This document shows positions 9,989 through 20,084 of a DNA stretch of 64,000 nucleotides, piece by piece. Under the pieces are notes generated by a model that saw nothing but the letters and a program-made list of their open reading frames with translations, was not told the origin of the DNA and made no database searches. Where the stretch lies: positions 1-64,000 of IMG/VR virus record IMGVR_UViG_3300042515_001753; one strand, given 5' to 3'. Each line of letters opens with the position of its first letter. Within the stretch, counting starts at the first letter, position 1. The translations under genes and the position numbers were made by a program.

Positions 9989-11774
9989 TCAACCGATTGA
10001 CGGTGCCGTTAAAGCAACTTCTTGAGTAGAAGCGGCAGCAAGGTCAAGTGGAAAATTGTGAGCATTCCGTTCATGCCGTTTTTGTTATCGTAAGAACTCT
10101 TTATTTCTTACTTCTTACTGTCGCCAGTAAGACCAGACTATCTCTTCATCCGTTCTGGATGCTGGGCATTCGTGGGTAGATTATTGTTGGAACTCACTAC
10201 CTAGTCGTTAGACCTGCCGAAGAACCTATGTCCTCTTCGGATTGGTACGGGATTGTCTACTTGAGAGTTTCCCCGTTTAACCCAGTTTCGTCAAGGAATA
10301 TTCCTATTCCAGGGTGACTACATTTAGGAAATCACTTCCATACCAAGACCAGCACGATTAAGAATGTCAGCCCAAGTAGGAATTACTCGGTTTTGACTAT
10401 CAACGATGGACTGGTTAAAATTAAAACCGTTGCACTAGACCCATAAGTTTTCCATCCTTATGGAGTGGACTATATCTTCATCCCAGTAGGATGTCGGACG
10501 CTTAAACCTGTTATTAAGGAAACTATATTCCTCAGGTAGTCTCTGAACCTTTCTTGAGTGTACTCAAGACTTGGCTGCTGATTGCCCTTTTATTTGGAGG
10601 GTTTCCAGCAATTCATCCGATGTTTGCCGTTAAATTGCTTTAACGGAACCCCAATTGAGGTTAAAAGCCATCGTAGAAACCCCGAGAGCAGTGAACCAAA
10701 TTCCAACAACAGGCCATGTAGCAAGAAAGAAATGAAGCGACCTAGAGTTATTAAACGAAGCATATTGAAAAATAAGGCGTCCAAAATAACCATGAGCGGC
10801 AACGATATTGTATGTCTCTTCTTCTTGTCCGAACTTGTAACCATAATTCTGTGATTCAGTTTCTGTAGTTTCACGAACGAGTGACGAAGTAACCAAAGAA
10901 CCGTGCATCGCAGAGAACAGTGAACCACCGAACACACCAGCAACTCCAAGCATGTGGAATGGGTGCATAAGGATGTTATGTTCTGCCTGGAATACAAGCA
11001 TATAGTTAAAAGTACCAGAGATGCCTAGTGGCATAGCGTCAGAGAAAGAACCTTGACCGAAGGGATAGACCAAGAATACGGCACTCGCAGCAGCAACAGG
11101 TGCTGAGTAAGCGACGCAAATCCAAGGACGCATACCTAGACGGTAAGAAAGTTCCCATTCACGACCCATATAAGCATAGATGCCGATGAGGAAGTGAAAT
11201 ACAACGAGTTGGAATGGACCCCCATTATAGCAATCGGGGGACTATATGTTTCCATATAGATTGGACTATATCTTCACCTTATTTCTATTTAAGGTGTTGG
11301 GCGCTAATCTGGTATTACTCAACACGCTTGTTGACCCCAGTAGTCTCTGAACCTTCCACAGAAGTATCGTCTGTGGCTTGGCTGCTGATTGCCTTGTCGT
11401 ATAAACGATTTAGGGTTCCAGCAATTCACCCAATTTATAGTGACCCTATTTTACTTAAGCCACTCATCAAGACTTGCAGCTTCCCAGATTGGGTAGAAAT
11501 GCAGTCCGATAGCATTAGAAGAAGGAACAACGGCACCAGAGATGATGTTGTTACCATACATTAGAGAACCCGCTACTGGTTCACGAATGCCGTCAATGTC
11601 CACTGGGGGAGCACCAACGAAAGCGATAATGAAGCAAACCGTTGCCGCAAGAAGGCAAGGCACCATCAATACACCAAACCACCCGACATAAAGACGATTA
11701 TTGGTAGATGTAATCCAGTCACAGAAATCGTTCCAAGTATTTGTGGAACGTTGTTGAGCAATTGTAGCAGTCAT
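9989..11774 (-). CDS. psbA: Photosystem II D1 protein; exons 11458-11774, 10658-11230, 10331-10432, 9989-10076
   Basis: Exons total 1080 nt = 359 aa + stop; junctions restore EWL-YNGGP, FNL-NGFNF and [16 protein letters not shown] with H332/E333 at canonical numbering. Confidence 0.97.
10077..10330 (-). mobile_element. Group I intron 3 in psbA (254 nt, codon 331)
   Basis: P AAACGGGGAA, Q AATCCCGTA, R GTCTAACGACTA, S AAGAGATAGTCT; P1 GTGAT/GTCAC; terminal G. Confidence 0.93.
10433..10657 (-). mobile_element. Group I intron 2 in psbA (225 nt, codon 297)
   Basis: Same P/Q/R/S words as intron 1; P1 AACCT/GGGTT; terminal G. Confidence 0.95.
11231..11457 (-). mobile_element. Group I intron 1 in psbA (227 nt, codon 106)
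   Basis: Exon ends in U, intron ends in G; P AATTGCTGGAA, Q AATCAGCAG, R GTTCAGAGACTA, S AAGATATAGTCC; P1 AGTGGCT/GGTCACT. Confidence 0.95.
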
Positions 11775-11789
11775 TTAAATAAAAAGGGT

Positions 11790-11911
11790 AAGTATGAGTT
11801 CGGGGGAACGAACTGGTTACATTATGTTCCACGACACCCTCCATCGTGGATATGAGGGATTCTTTACTTCTCGTGATCCCGGTTGGAGAAGACACGGTTC
11901 TTAATCCGTGT
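11790..11911 (-). ncRNA. Structured psbA 5' leader (probably PhotoRC-II-like)
   Basis: Hairpins CACGG/CCGTG, CCACGAT/GTCGTGG (loop GAGGG complementary to upstream CCCTC), AGTTCG/CGAACT; family name from memory. Confidence 0.65.
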
Positions 11912-11919
11912 ATGTATAT

Positions 11920-11948
11920 ATAATAACACTGTTAGGAAATCCTGTCAA
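11920..11948 (-). promoter_or_regulatory. Sigma70-type psbA promoter
   Basis: TTGACA-17-TATTAT. Confidence 0.8.
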
Positions 11949-11993
11949 TAGGTCCAATTACCTAAGTGGCACAGCATAAATAAGAACCCTTTG

Positions 11994-12155
11994 TCAGCAG
12001 GAATATTCGTTGATTTTATCCAAAACCATATTCAAGTATTGGTCCGCAAGTGCTTTTGGGTCCGAAGTATATCCAATATGTTCAGTCTGAAGTTTCTGCT
12101 TCAACTTCAGAACCTGATACTTCATTTCTTCTTTAGTCAATTGTCCTCTGGGCAT
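11994..12155 (-). CDS. Small hypothetical protein (53 aa)
   Basis: MPRGQLTKEEMKYQVLKLKQKL..; CTAAATA late promoter in the loop of the hairpin 12161-12190. Confidence 0.7.
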   Translation of the reverse strand: MPRGQLTKEEMKYQVLKLKQKLQTEHIGYTSDPKALADQYLNMVLDKINEYSC

Positions 12156-12281
12156 AAAAAATCCTTCTCTCCGTATTTAGAGAGAAGGATTGATATAATT
12201 ATTTTTTTAATGTGAGTTTCAATATATTAAGTGCTATTGCTGATATGAATACTCCGCAGAATATTGAGAGAATATCAGAAG

Positions 12282-12401
12282 TCACCATACTCCCGGAAGA
12301 ATTTGACCGGTGGTAAGATAAGTGCCTACGGCAATTACAAAACCAAGCATGGCAAGTCTTCCGTTTAAAATTTCTGCCTCGGGGGTAAATCCAAATTTCA
12401 T
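12282..12401 (-). CDS. hli: High-light inducible protein (39 aa)
   Basis: MKFGFTPEAEILNGRLAMLGF..TGQILPGVW; below the ORF-track cutoff. Confidence 0.95.
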   Translation of the reverse strand: MKFGFTPEAEILNGRLAMLGFVIAVGTYLTTGQILPGVW

Positions 12402-12498
12402 TTTGTTTCTCCTTAGTAAGTGTCGGAAAGTTGATTGATAGAGTGTGCAAGAAGCACAAGAAAAGAAATGCTCGTTACGGTAAAAATGAGTTCGTTCA

Positions 12499-12708
12499 TC
12501 AGATTACACCAAAGAAGAGGTTCCCTGTGAGTGCATAAGAAACAACTGCGGCAACAAATCCTAGCATTGCCCATCTTGAATTTGCCTTTTCTGCTCTTTC
12601 CGCATAAGTCTCAAGTGCATAACGCTCTGCATCAGTTGGAGACACATACATTTCAGGTTCCTTTGCGAACAGGTTTTGTTGCCCGTGCTCATTAGTCGTA
12701 ACGGTCAT
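12499..12708 (-). CDS. hli: High-light inducible protein (69 aa)
   Basis: AEKANSRWAMLGF motif; promoter TTGACA-17-TATAAT at 12733-12761. Confidence 0.92.
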   Translation of the reverse strand: MTVTTNEHGQQNLFAKEPEMYVSPTDAERYALETYAERAEKANSRWAMLGFVAAVVSYALTGNLFFGVI

Positions 12709-12781
12709 CGTAGTTTCATTAAGAACTATGTCATTATATATGCAGAGGAGGGCGTTGTCAAGTACCCAAAGTCAGAAGACC

Positions 12782-13573
12782 CTAACTTTGTGGCGGGGAT
12801 GGGTTTGTAATCCTACCAAGATATGGATCATAATTCATCAAGTCATCAATTTTCATATCATAACCCTGGCGTTCCCAAAAATGAAGAAGACCATCGTGAC
12901 TTTGACGATGAAAAACATCAATATGTTCTGGATGAATGGAAGAACCTAAAGCAATCTTATAAAGGAACAAAGGAATTGAAAAAGTATTACCAGAATTGTA
13001 AATCAAGTCATCAGCAACTGCTCTGGGCTTTACACCATTATCAAGTTTGTACTTATCTCCACGAACATGATGTCTTAGAATCTTTTCTGCATGATGTCGA
13101 GTAATCATATAAGCGGCAGTTGAAAAATCATTCACAAATCTCTTATGAAGTTTAACATGTAAATCACCGGTACAAATAATGGCAAGTTGAATTACATCAT
13201 AATCATAAGGAACTTTAGCAACAAAATCACTCCAAGTAAAGTTCCAGAATCTGACAAGTTGTAAATCTACATCATCTTCCATAATCACCGCATAGGGACT
13301 GTCAGAGGTCTCTATCCAGTGCTTGAGTGCCTTGAGATGAGAAGTTGTACATCCAATCTCACCAGAGGTCATATTGTCAGGATAGCGACCCTTAATGATG
13401 TCGCTCAGGTCATCTTCTCTTCCATCATAGGCAGAGATACGAGTATAGTTTTCTATCTCCCAGTACTTAAACTGCTCCTCCATATATTCCTTTCTTTCTG
13501 GTTGCCCATCAAGATTAAGATAATAAATAGGTCCAATATTCTTAAGTTTATATGCCGCTTTATTTTTGTCCAT
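12782..13573 (-). CDS. Glycosyltransferase family 25
   Basis: YYLNLD..ERK, GEIGCTTSHLKA, IMEDDV. Confidence 0.88.
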   Translation of the reverse strand: MDKNKAAYKLKNIGPIYYLNLDGQPERKEYMEEQFKYWEIENYTRISAYDGREDDLSDIIKGRYPDNMTSGEIGCTTSHLKALKHWIETSDSPYAVIMEDDVDLQLVRFWNFTWSDFVAKVPYDYDVIQLAIICTGDLHVKLHKRFVNDFSTAAYMITRHHAEKILRHHVRGDKYKLDNGVKPRAVADDLIYNSGNTFSIPLFLYKIALGSSIHPEHIDVFHRQSHDGLLHFWERQGYDMKIDDLMNYDPYLGRITNPSPPQS

Positions 13574-13579
13574 CGTAAA

Positions 13580-14425
13580 TTAAATTTTATTTAAATTGTA
13601 AGATTGATATTTTTTCAAGTATTTTTGAGACTGATAATATCTCTCTAGTTGTTTTTGATTTAGACTTTGTAAGTAATCCCACAACTCATTATTTCTCCTA
13701 ATGTGTGGATTACCAAAGCCAGAATTATGACCTCTAAAATGTTCTAGATGATATACATATGAATAATCAATTCTCCCAACATTATAACCTAAAATTTTAA
13801 AACGTAAATATCTTTCTTTGTCTTCCGGAGACCAAGAAATAAAGTTCTCATTTTCCATTCCGGCATTAATATAGGATTTTCTCTTAAAGAATTGAACATG
13901 TCCAAACTCAGACCTATAAATATTTGATTTTTTTTCTAAAATTGAAAAATCAAAATCATTATTAATAAAATCACTTACAAGTTCATCAGTTGTAAAAATT
14001 TGATACTGATAGTCTCCAAACCCATACGGATAGACTAAATCATAATTTTTTTCTACGATTAATTTTACTGCTTCTATACATGCCTCTGGTTTCAATAAAG
14101 CATCACAATCATAATTAACCACAACATCAGTTTTTACTTGATCTAGCATTTCGTTTAGAATTTTCATTCTATGAAATTCTAAACTATCAGATTCTTCAAA
14201 CAAATATATAAGATTATTAATTTCATCTTCATCCAAAAATTCTTTAATTTGTTCTATAACATACTCTTGAACAAGAGGTTTAGAATCAACTTCTTTTAAG
14301 ATTACTTTGGTGTTAAAAGTTTTAAGAAGATAGCAAAGAACTGTAGTAATATTTCTAGTTCTATCACCAGAATCAATCCTAATAGGAATTATGAAAGTAC
14401 AATCTGATAAGTCTATTTTTTTCAT
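13580..14425 (-). CDS. GT-A fold glycosyltransferase (GT2/GT7-like)
   Basis: FIIPIRID, NYDCD (DxD), GMENENFISWSPED. Confidence 0.8.
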   Translation of the reverse strand: MKKIDLSDCTFIIPIRIDSGDRTRNITTVLCYLLKTFNTKVILKEVDSKPLVQEYVIEQIKEFLDEDEINNLIYLFEESDSLEFHRMKILNEMLDQVKTDVVVNYDCDALLKPEACIEAVKLIVEKNYDLVYPYGFGDYQYQIFTTDELVSDFINNDFDFSILEKKSNIYRSEFGHVQFFKRKSYINAGMENENFISWSPEDKERYLRFKILGYNVGRIDYSYVYHLEHFRGHNSGFGNPHIRRNNELWDYLQSLNQKQLERYYQSQKYLKKYQSYNLNKI

Positions 14426-15204
14426 ATTTTAATCCACTCATCCAAATATAAATCTTGTGTTTGATTTTTAGAAGTATTACTATCTTCCCCAAACCACCGC
14501 AAAGGAGCAATCACTTTTTTAGATTTTGCTAACCATGCACCCCACCAAGAGAATGAAGAATTAGCAATAATATGATAATCGCACATACTCATCAAACACA
14601 AATCAATAAATCCATTATGAGATTCTGAAATAATAAATCGTTCCGATTCAAATAATTTTTGCGACTGACACCAACCAACATCATCGGAAAAAATTATTAC
14701 AGGAATATCAGAATCAAAGTGTTCTAGTGCTCGTTCATAATACGAAAGACTGCAAGGAGGGTGATTCGTAGAATTAGATACATAATCAGTTCGTCTTACA
14801 TGCAGAGCAATAATTTCATCAAACTTAAAATTAGATACACAGGGTTCTAAAATATAATTTTTAAATGTAAAATCTTCTCTGATACTATCTTCAATATGTT
14901 TGAAATATTTTTCACTCTGATAATATCCATGTAAATTTACATTATCTGGACAGTTATCAACATACTCTGGGTCATAGTGAAATTGTTTTTCGGGATAAAA
15001 ATCTGCAGGAATGAATCCAATATTCTTTACACTCTTCATCTCAAAAACATCAAAGAGTTTATTATCTTTCCATTTATCACCATAATCAGTTTTAGGAATA
15101 CAAAAATCATATCCTTTAGTTGCAGAAATACCTCTCAGTGAGGCATATTGAAACATTTGATTTGCCAGTCTACCATACTGACCAAGATAATTAAATCCAA
15201 TCAT
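14422..15204 (-). CDS. Alpha-1,2-fucosyltransferase, GT11
   Basis: GRLANQMFQYA, GYYQSEKYF, HVRRTDY, NSSFSWWGAWL. Confidence 0.92.
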   Translation of the reverse strand: MIGFNYLGQYGRLANQMFQYASLRGISATKGYDFCIPKTDYGDKWKDNKLFDVFEMKSVKNIGFIPADFYPEKQFHYDPEYVDNCPDNVNLHGYYQSEKYFKHIEDSIREDFTFKNYILEPCVSNFKFDEIIALHVRRTDYVSNSTNHPPCSLSYYERALEHFDSDIPVIIFSDDVGWCQSQKLFESERFIISESHNGFIDLCLMSMCDYHIIANSSFSWWGAWLAKSKKVIAPLRWFGEDSNTSKNQTQDLYLDEWIKI

Positions 15205-15208
15205 GCTA

Positions 15209-15997
15209 CTAAGAATAAAGAATAGTTTTTTTGTCAGCAGGAGAATGAATCATCCTTGCAGAAAAATCAAACTCATTATCAGGATAATTTCCAGGTTTTG
15301 CAAAGGAAGGATGCAGTATGTGGAAATCATCATAATTTTCAATCCTATATCTATTTAAATGACTTTCATCATGTGCCGCTGCCATTACATTATTTTCCAA
15401 ATCTTTTTTGATTCTTTCATCAAGTTCATCAATTAATTTAAAAATTTCTGGAATTTTACCACCCCAAATACATCCTTGAAGATATACATCGTCCTTTTCC
15501 TCTTCTTCAGTTACACATGATAAGGATCTTGTATTTCTTTCAAAAGGTAAATATTGAAGAAATTTACTCCAGTTAGCACTAAAAGTCGGATGTTGTACTC
15601 CGAAAAATGGTTTTTCATCATTGAAAAAATCTTGATATGTAATTAACTGATCGCAACAATACATATCAGCATCAAAGTATACATACCAATCATAATCCTT
15701 TAATTGGCTTTCAATTTTTTTAATCTCTCCAAATCTTCTCAATCCACCGATACTATTATACATCAAATTATACCAATTATCTGAAGAATAATCTGATGTG
15801 GTAATTTCAATATTTTCAGATGATGGTATAATTTTAATATTGTCTGGAATGTCATCTCCAAGATCTCCATCTGTAAAAACAAAAAAATCTTTCTGACATT
15901 CTGGAACAAAATATTCCATCAGTGTCTCATAATACTTTGGAAAGAATTTAAGATAATTTCCCGTTCCAATAAAGTTTATTGCTATTTTTTTATTCAT
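15209..15997 (-). CDS. Glycosyltransferase family 6 (alpha-1,3-Gal/GalNAc transferase-like)
   Basis: FIGTGNY, FVFTD, FDAD, HDESHLNRY; start moved to the ATG at 15997. Confidence 0.88.
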   Translation of the reverse strand: MNKKIAINFIGTGNYLKFFPKYYETLMEYFVPECQKDFFVFTDGDLGDDIPDNIKIIPSSENIEITTSDYSSDNWYNLMYNSIGGLRRFGEIKKIESQLKDYDWYVYFDADMYCCDQLITYQDFFNDEKPFFGVQHPTFSANWSKFLQYLPFERNTRSLSCVTEEEEKDDVYLQGCIWGGKIPEIFKLIDELDERIKKDLENNVMAAAHDESHLNRYRIENYDDFHILHPSFAKPGNYPDNEFDFSARMIHSPADKKTILYS

Positions 15998-15998
15998 A

Positions 15999-16946
15999 TT
16001 AACTATTGGTAATGATTTTTTCAACTGAAGAAATATAATATTTTTGAAGTATCTCTTTCCAATCAAACTGCTTTGAATATTCTACAATTTCTTTTCTATT
16101 ATTTACAGCATATTTCCTATTCTCAATAATTTTATTCTCAACATACTCCAAATCGGAGATTTTGTTTTCGGGAATGATTGTAATAAATTCTTTATTAATA
16201 TCTAAATTTGCTCTCCCCCATTCACAAACAACCACACCAAGTCCAGCGGAAAGTGCCTCCATACAAACAAGTGGATGTGCTTCGCCATCGGAAAGTAAAA
16301 CAAGGTTTCCGTATTGAGTTAATTCATTATATAATGTATCTTTTCCCCACTCACCCAAATAATTTTTAGAAGTATCAAATCTAGAATCAGCAATATTTCC
16401 AGCATACCAAAGACTAGGAATTGTCTGAAACATAAACTGACGCTTCCTATAATCTACCTTTGCAAGATAGATTGAACGATCTGGATACTCTGGATTATCT
16501 ACATAATTAAATTTTCCTCTGTTTACTCCATTTGGTGTTAAGAACAACTTGTCTTCAGGCAGATTCAATAATACTTTATACATATTTTGAATTCCCTCAG
16601 ACAGACAGAATGTATTCGGTCTGAGTCGAGCAAAGTCATTAGCAATATTCACATATCCACCAAAGAGTTCAGGTCTTTCTAAGTAACCATAATGACTTGT
16701 AATTGCCTTTGGTTGTTGAATATGAGGATATAAAGTAATAAATTCATCATAATGAATGTGAACAAAATCAGATCCAAAAGAATTAACATCTTTTATAATC
16801 TGATTATAATCTTTAGTATTCACAATTTGAACTTGATGTCCTAGAGATTCTAAAGCAATTTTAGTGTCCCATATAAGAATTTCTACCGCACCCCAACCAA
16901 GAGGTGGAATAGGCATAATTCCAGGACCGATTAAAGATATTTTCAT
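15999..16946 (-). CDS. GT-B glycosyltransferase (GT4-like)
   Basis: IPPLGWGAVE, EAHPLVCMEALSAG. Confidence 0.85.
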   Translation of the reverse strand: MKISLIGPGIMPIPPLGWGAVEILIWDTKIALESLGHQVQIVNTKDYNQIIKDVNSFGSDFVHIHYDEFITLYPHIQQPKAITSHYGYLERPELFGGYVNIANDFARLRPNTFCLSEGIQNMYKVLLNLPEDKLFLTPNGVNRGKFNYVDNPEYPDRSIYLAKVDYRKRQFMFQTIPSLWYAGNIADSRFDTSKNYLGEWGKDTLYNELTQYGNLVLLSDGEAHPLVCMEALSAGLGVVVCEWGRANLDINKEFITIIPENKISDLEYVENKIIENRKYAVNNRKEIVEYSKQFDWKEILQKYYISSVEKIITNS

Positions 16947-17839
16947 AGATTCTTTTCAACCCATTCCTCTAATTTTACACTTGGATTCCAACCAAAAATT
17001 TTATTAATTTTTTTATTATTTGCAAGAGTAATTCTTGACTCTCCAGGTCTAGGTGCTAGATTAATAACATTATTCGAAATCATTCTTGCAATTTGATTAA
17101 TAGAATGATTTGTTCCGGTGCCGACATTATATACTTGCCCAAATGCTTCCCAATCTGGATTGGAAATAGCAGCCATCACATTTGCCTTCACAACATCACT
17201 AACATGAGTAAAGTCTCTCCGCTGATTACCATCACCAACGATAGTCAGAGGTTCTCCTGCTGCCCTCTGACGAAGAAAAATACCAATCACAGGAGCATAT
17301 TGTCCACGTAAAGGTTGACGCTCACCATAAACATTAAAGTATCTAAAGCAAACAGTGGGAAGACCATAAAGACTAGTATACATTTTGCATAGTTTTTCGC
17401 CATTTACTTTTGAAACTGAATAAGGATTTAAACAGTCATCAGGTTGTGTTTCAATATTTGGTGATTGATTCATTCCATATGCAGAAGAGGTTGAGGAGTA
17501 CATCAATCGCTTTACCCCTGCTTCTCTTGAGCACTGAAGAACTGTACATGTACCAACAGAGTTAATACTTACTGCTTGAATAGGATTTTCAATTGCAGGT
17601 TGAATACGTGCCTCTGCAGCAATATGGAAGACATAATCTACTCCATCGTATAGGGGGCGAGTGTTTTCATAATCACGAATGTCATACTTATAATTTTGCG
17701 CTTTATCATTCCAGTAAAACTGTTCATGAACATCCGAATATTCATTATCAATTACAACAACCTCGTGCCCCATTTCAAGAAGACAATCTACTAGATTTGA
17801 TCCGATAAATCCTGCGCCGCCAGTAACTAAACTTTTCAT
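16943..17839 (-). CDS. NAD-dependent nucleotide-sugar epimerase/dehydratase
   Basis: VTGGAGFIGS, YSVSK, RYFNVYG. Confidence 0.92.
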   Translation of the reverse strand: MKSLVTGGAGFIGSNLVDCLLEMGHEVVVIDNEYSDVHEQFYWNDKAQNYKYDIRDYENTRPLYDGVDYVFHIAAEARIQPAIENPIQAVSINSVGTCTVLQCSREAGVKRLMYSSTSSAYGMNQSPNIETQPDDCLNPYSVSKVNGEKLCKMYTSLYGLPTVCFRYFNVYGERQPLRGQYAPVIGIFLRQRAAGEPLTIVGDGNQRRDFTHVSDVVKANVMAAISNPDWEAFGQVYNVGTGTNHSINQIARMISNNVINLAPRPGESRITLANNKKINKIFGWNPSVKLEEWVEKNL

Positions 17840-18642
17840 ACCATTTCTTGAAATAAACAAAGATGATTTTTACCATTAACTCTATGAAACTTAGTAAAAA
17901 GATTCTCTTTTGTTTTACAGAGATATCCAATTGCTATTTGTTCATTATTTACATTTTTATTCTTAATCATATAATCCAAAACATGATCGATTTCATTGCT
18001 GATATTTTTAATAGCAATTTTATTTCCACCAAACATGCTTCCACAGATAAAAGACCGATTATCCCAAAAATAACTTTCGGATAATGTTTGAGAATTTACA
18101 AGATCAGGATAACATTCAGTATTATACTGGATTAAGAAGGTATTGTCAATTTGTTCTAATGCTTGAAGAGTATCTTCACTGGGGTAATCATTTTCAAGAT
18201 TGCAGTCATATAAAAATCGACTGGCACCTGCGTCTAACCAAAAGAAAAATTTAGAGTCAAAAGAATTAATCTCAGATGCTTTTTTCAACCACTTAAATTT
18301 AGAATATTGAATGACAGGATACATTGAGTAGTTGCACTCAACTCTATTTGTGTCTGCCATATTTTCTTTATAAAATTCAGAATCGATAACTTCTTGAATT
18401 GAATCTTTCAGATGAAAATATGGTATTTGTTCCAAAGGTTCAACAATAATTTCGGTCGGTAAATCTTGCCTGACTTCTTTAATAGTTTCAACCAAAGACT
18501 CTTCTGTAAAAATAATAAATGGACATTTTACACTTAATGTCTTTGAAAACCATTCTAGATAATCTTCCCAACTTCTATTATCATCTCTTTGTAGTTCTTG
18601 AACATTATATAAAGAAGTAACAATTACAAAATCAGTTTTCAT
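17836..18642 (-). CDS. HtrL/WlaTC-like glycosyltransferase
   Basis: IVTSLY, YSKFKWL, FWLDAG, NNEQ. Confidence 0.7.
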   Translation of the reverse strand: MKTDFVIVTSLYNVQELQRDDNRSWEDYLEWFSKTLSVKCPFIIFTEESLVETIKEVRQDLPTEIIVEPLEQIPYFHLKDSIQEVIDSEFYKENMADTNRVECNYSMYPVIQYSKFKWLKKASEINSFDSKFFFWLDAGASRFLYDCNLENDYPSEDTLQALEQIDNTFLIQYNTECYPDLVNSQTLSESYFWDNRSFICGSMFGGNKIAIKNISNEIDHVLDYMIKNKNVNNEQIAIGYLCKTKENLFTKFHRVNGKNHLCLFQEMV

Positions 18643-19204
18643 TTTTATAGAGGTAGATAATATCGTCATACTTATTTTTATTTGCTCTCAAATCAACAAT
18701 TTCAAAAGTATCAAGATATTCAGAAACTTTCCATCCTGGATTATCATCAACATCTTCAATAATATAATAACCACCTGGTTTAAGTTTTGATTTAAGAATA
18801 TTCCAAGTTTTTAATGTAAGATCCGGATTATGGGAAGCATCATCAATAATTAAATCAAATTGTGGGCAGTTTTCAAATGAACTTGGATCATCTTGAGACC
18901 CTTCTGGTAGAAAAATAAATCTTTCTTTCTCTTCTTCTGTAAGTTGGAGATTAGAATATTCTTTATCAAATCCATAGATTTTAGTTTTATCTGAAAAAAT
19001 ATCTCTCCACATTCTCAAACTATAACCAGAAGATACTCCTACCTCTAAAACACAAAGATCTTTATTGTCTTTAACTTTTTCGAAAACTTCCGGATAAAAA
19101 AGTTCATAAGAATGATCTGATCCCTTATCACTACAACCAGTCCAGGGGGTAGAACTATAATGTTGAATGATTTCTTTTGCTTTTTGTTTGAATGATTTTG
19201 CCAT
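18632..19204 (-). CDS. Class I SAM methyltransferase
   Basis: SDKGSDHSY, LEVGVSSG, IIDDASH, LKPGGYYIIED. Confidence 0.85.
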   Translation of the reverse strand: MAKSFKQKAKEIIQHYSSTPWTGCSDKGSDHSYELFYPEVFEKVKDNKDLCVLEVGVSSGYSLRMWRDIFSDKTKIYGFDKEYSNLQLTEEEKERFIFLPEGSQDDPSSFENCPQFDLIIDDASHNPDLTLKTWNILKSKLKPGGYYIIEDVDDNPGWKVSEYLDTFEIVDLRANKNKYDDIIYLYKNEN

Positions 19205-19205
19205 T

Positions 19206-20084
19206 TTATTTCATATTTTTAAAATGTTCAAAGTTAACATGCTCAACCCAATTTGGCCACATATTAACTTGTAAAGGTTTGCAAGATTCGTAGTCAAAAT
19301 TATGAATATAAAATTTGGAATCAATTTTATATTTCTCATACCAATCTGTTGCTTGTTTATATATGATCGCTCCAAAGTCGCCCAATCCGATTTTTAAATT
19401 TTTCCTAGAGCAAACTTCTATGCAATAGTCTCTTACATGAATTACACCATTTTCATAAACACTTGGAATAAATTCATACCATCCAGATAAAAACTTTTCC
19501 ATAGATTCTGGGTTTCCCAAGAAAAACCAATCGCAAGGATTATTAGGAAACTCTCCGGCATACAAATGACCACCATTCATTGAACTTTGAAAATATATTG
19601 TATCTGACTCTAGAGTAACCTGGGATAATATATCTTTAATTGGTTTAGTTAAAATAACATCTGGTCTAGATTTAATAACGACATCGATATTATTATATTT
19701 TTTAGTTTGCAAAAATGCTTGATAGTTGGAATAAGTTTGACTTAGAAGACCATATAAAACTATTGGAGTAATGATTTTATAATGCTCTATACTTTCACCC
19801 TTCCAAACATCAAAATTAAATTTTTTAAAGAATGTAATATCAAAATCTTTATGCTTTTCAACACTACAATCAGTTACCTTATATCTTTCTATAAATTGTT
19901 TATCTAAATTTTCATCACCAAACCGATCAGTAAACCATAACTTATAAACTTTTTTATGATAAGATTTATCCCACCAAAGATGAGAGCAAACCTTATCATT
20001 TTCATCTATCTGATAATTGGAAAAATAACTAATATTTTCATCATAAAAAATAGGTTGTCCAGAAAATAAAAAAGCGCAATTCAT
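19206..20084 (-). CDS. Putative glycosyltransferase-like protein
   Basis: FSGQP start, KSRPD, DWFFLG; paralogue of 24643-25386. Confidence 0.55.
   Translation of the reverse strand: MNCAFLFSGQPIFYDENISYFSNYQIDENDKVCSHLWWDKSYHKKVYKLWFTDRFGDENLDKQFIERYKVTDCSVEKHKDFDITFFKKFNFDVWKGESIEHYKIITPIVLYGLLSQTYSNYQAFLQTKKYNNIDVVIKSRPDVILTKPIKDILSQVTLESDTIYFQSSMNGGHLYAGEFPNNPCDWFFLGNPESMEKFLSGWYEFIPSVYENGVIHVRDYCIEVCSRKNLKIGLGDFGAIIYKQATDWYEKYKIDSKFYIHNFDYESCKPLQVNMWPNWVEHVNFEHFKNMK

Noticed and set aside
10582-11774. psbA fragments read as a pseudogene or separate ORFs
   Set aside because: The gaps are intact group I introns and splicing restores full-length D1
12199-12459. 86-aa ORF in the track
   Set aside because: Overlaps the clear hli at 12282-12401 in another frame; only the last 29 codons are plausible
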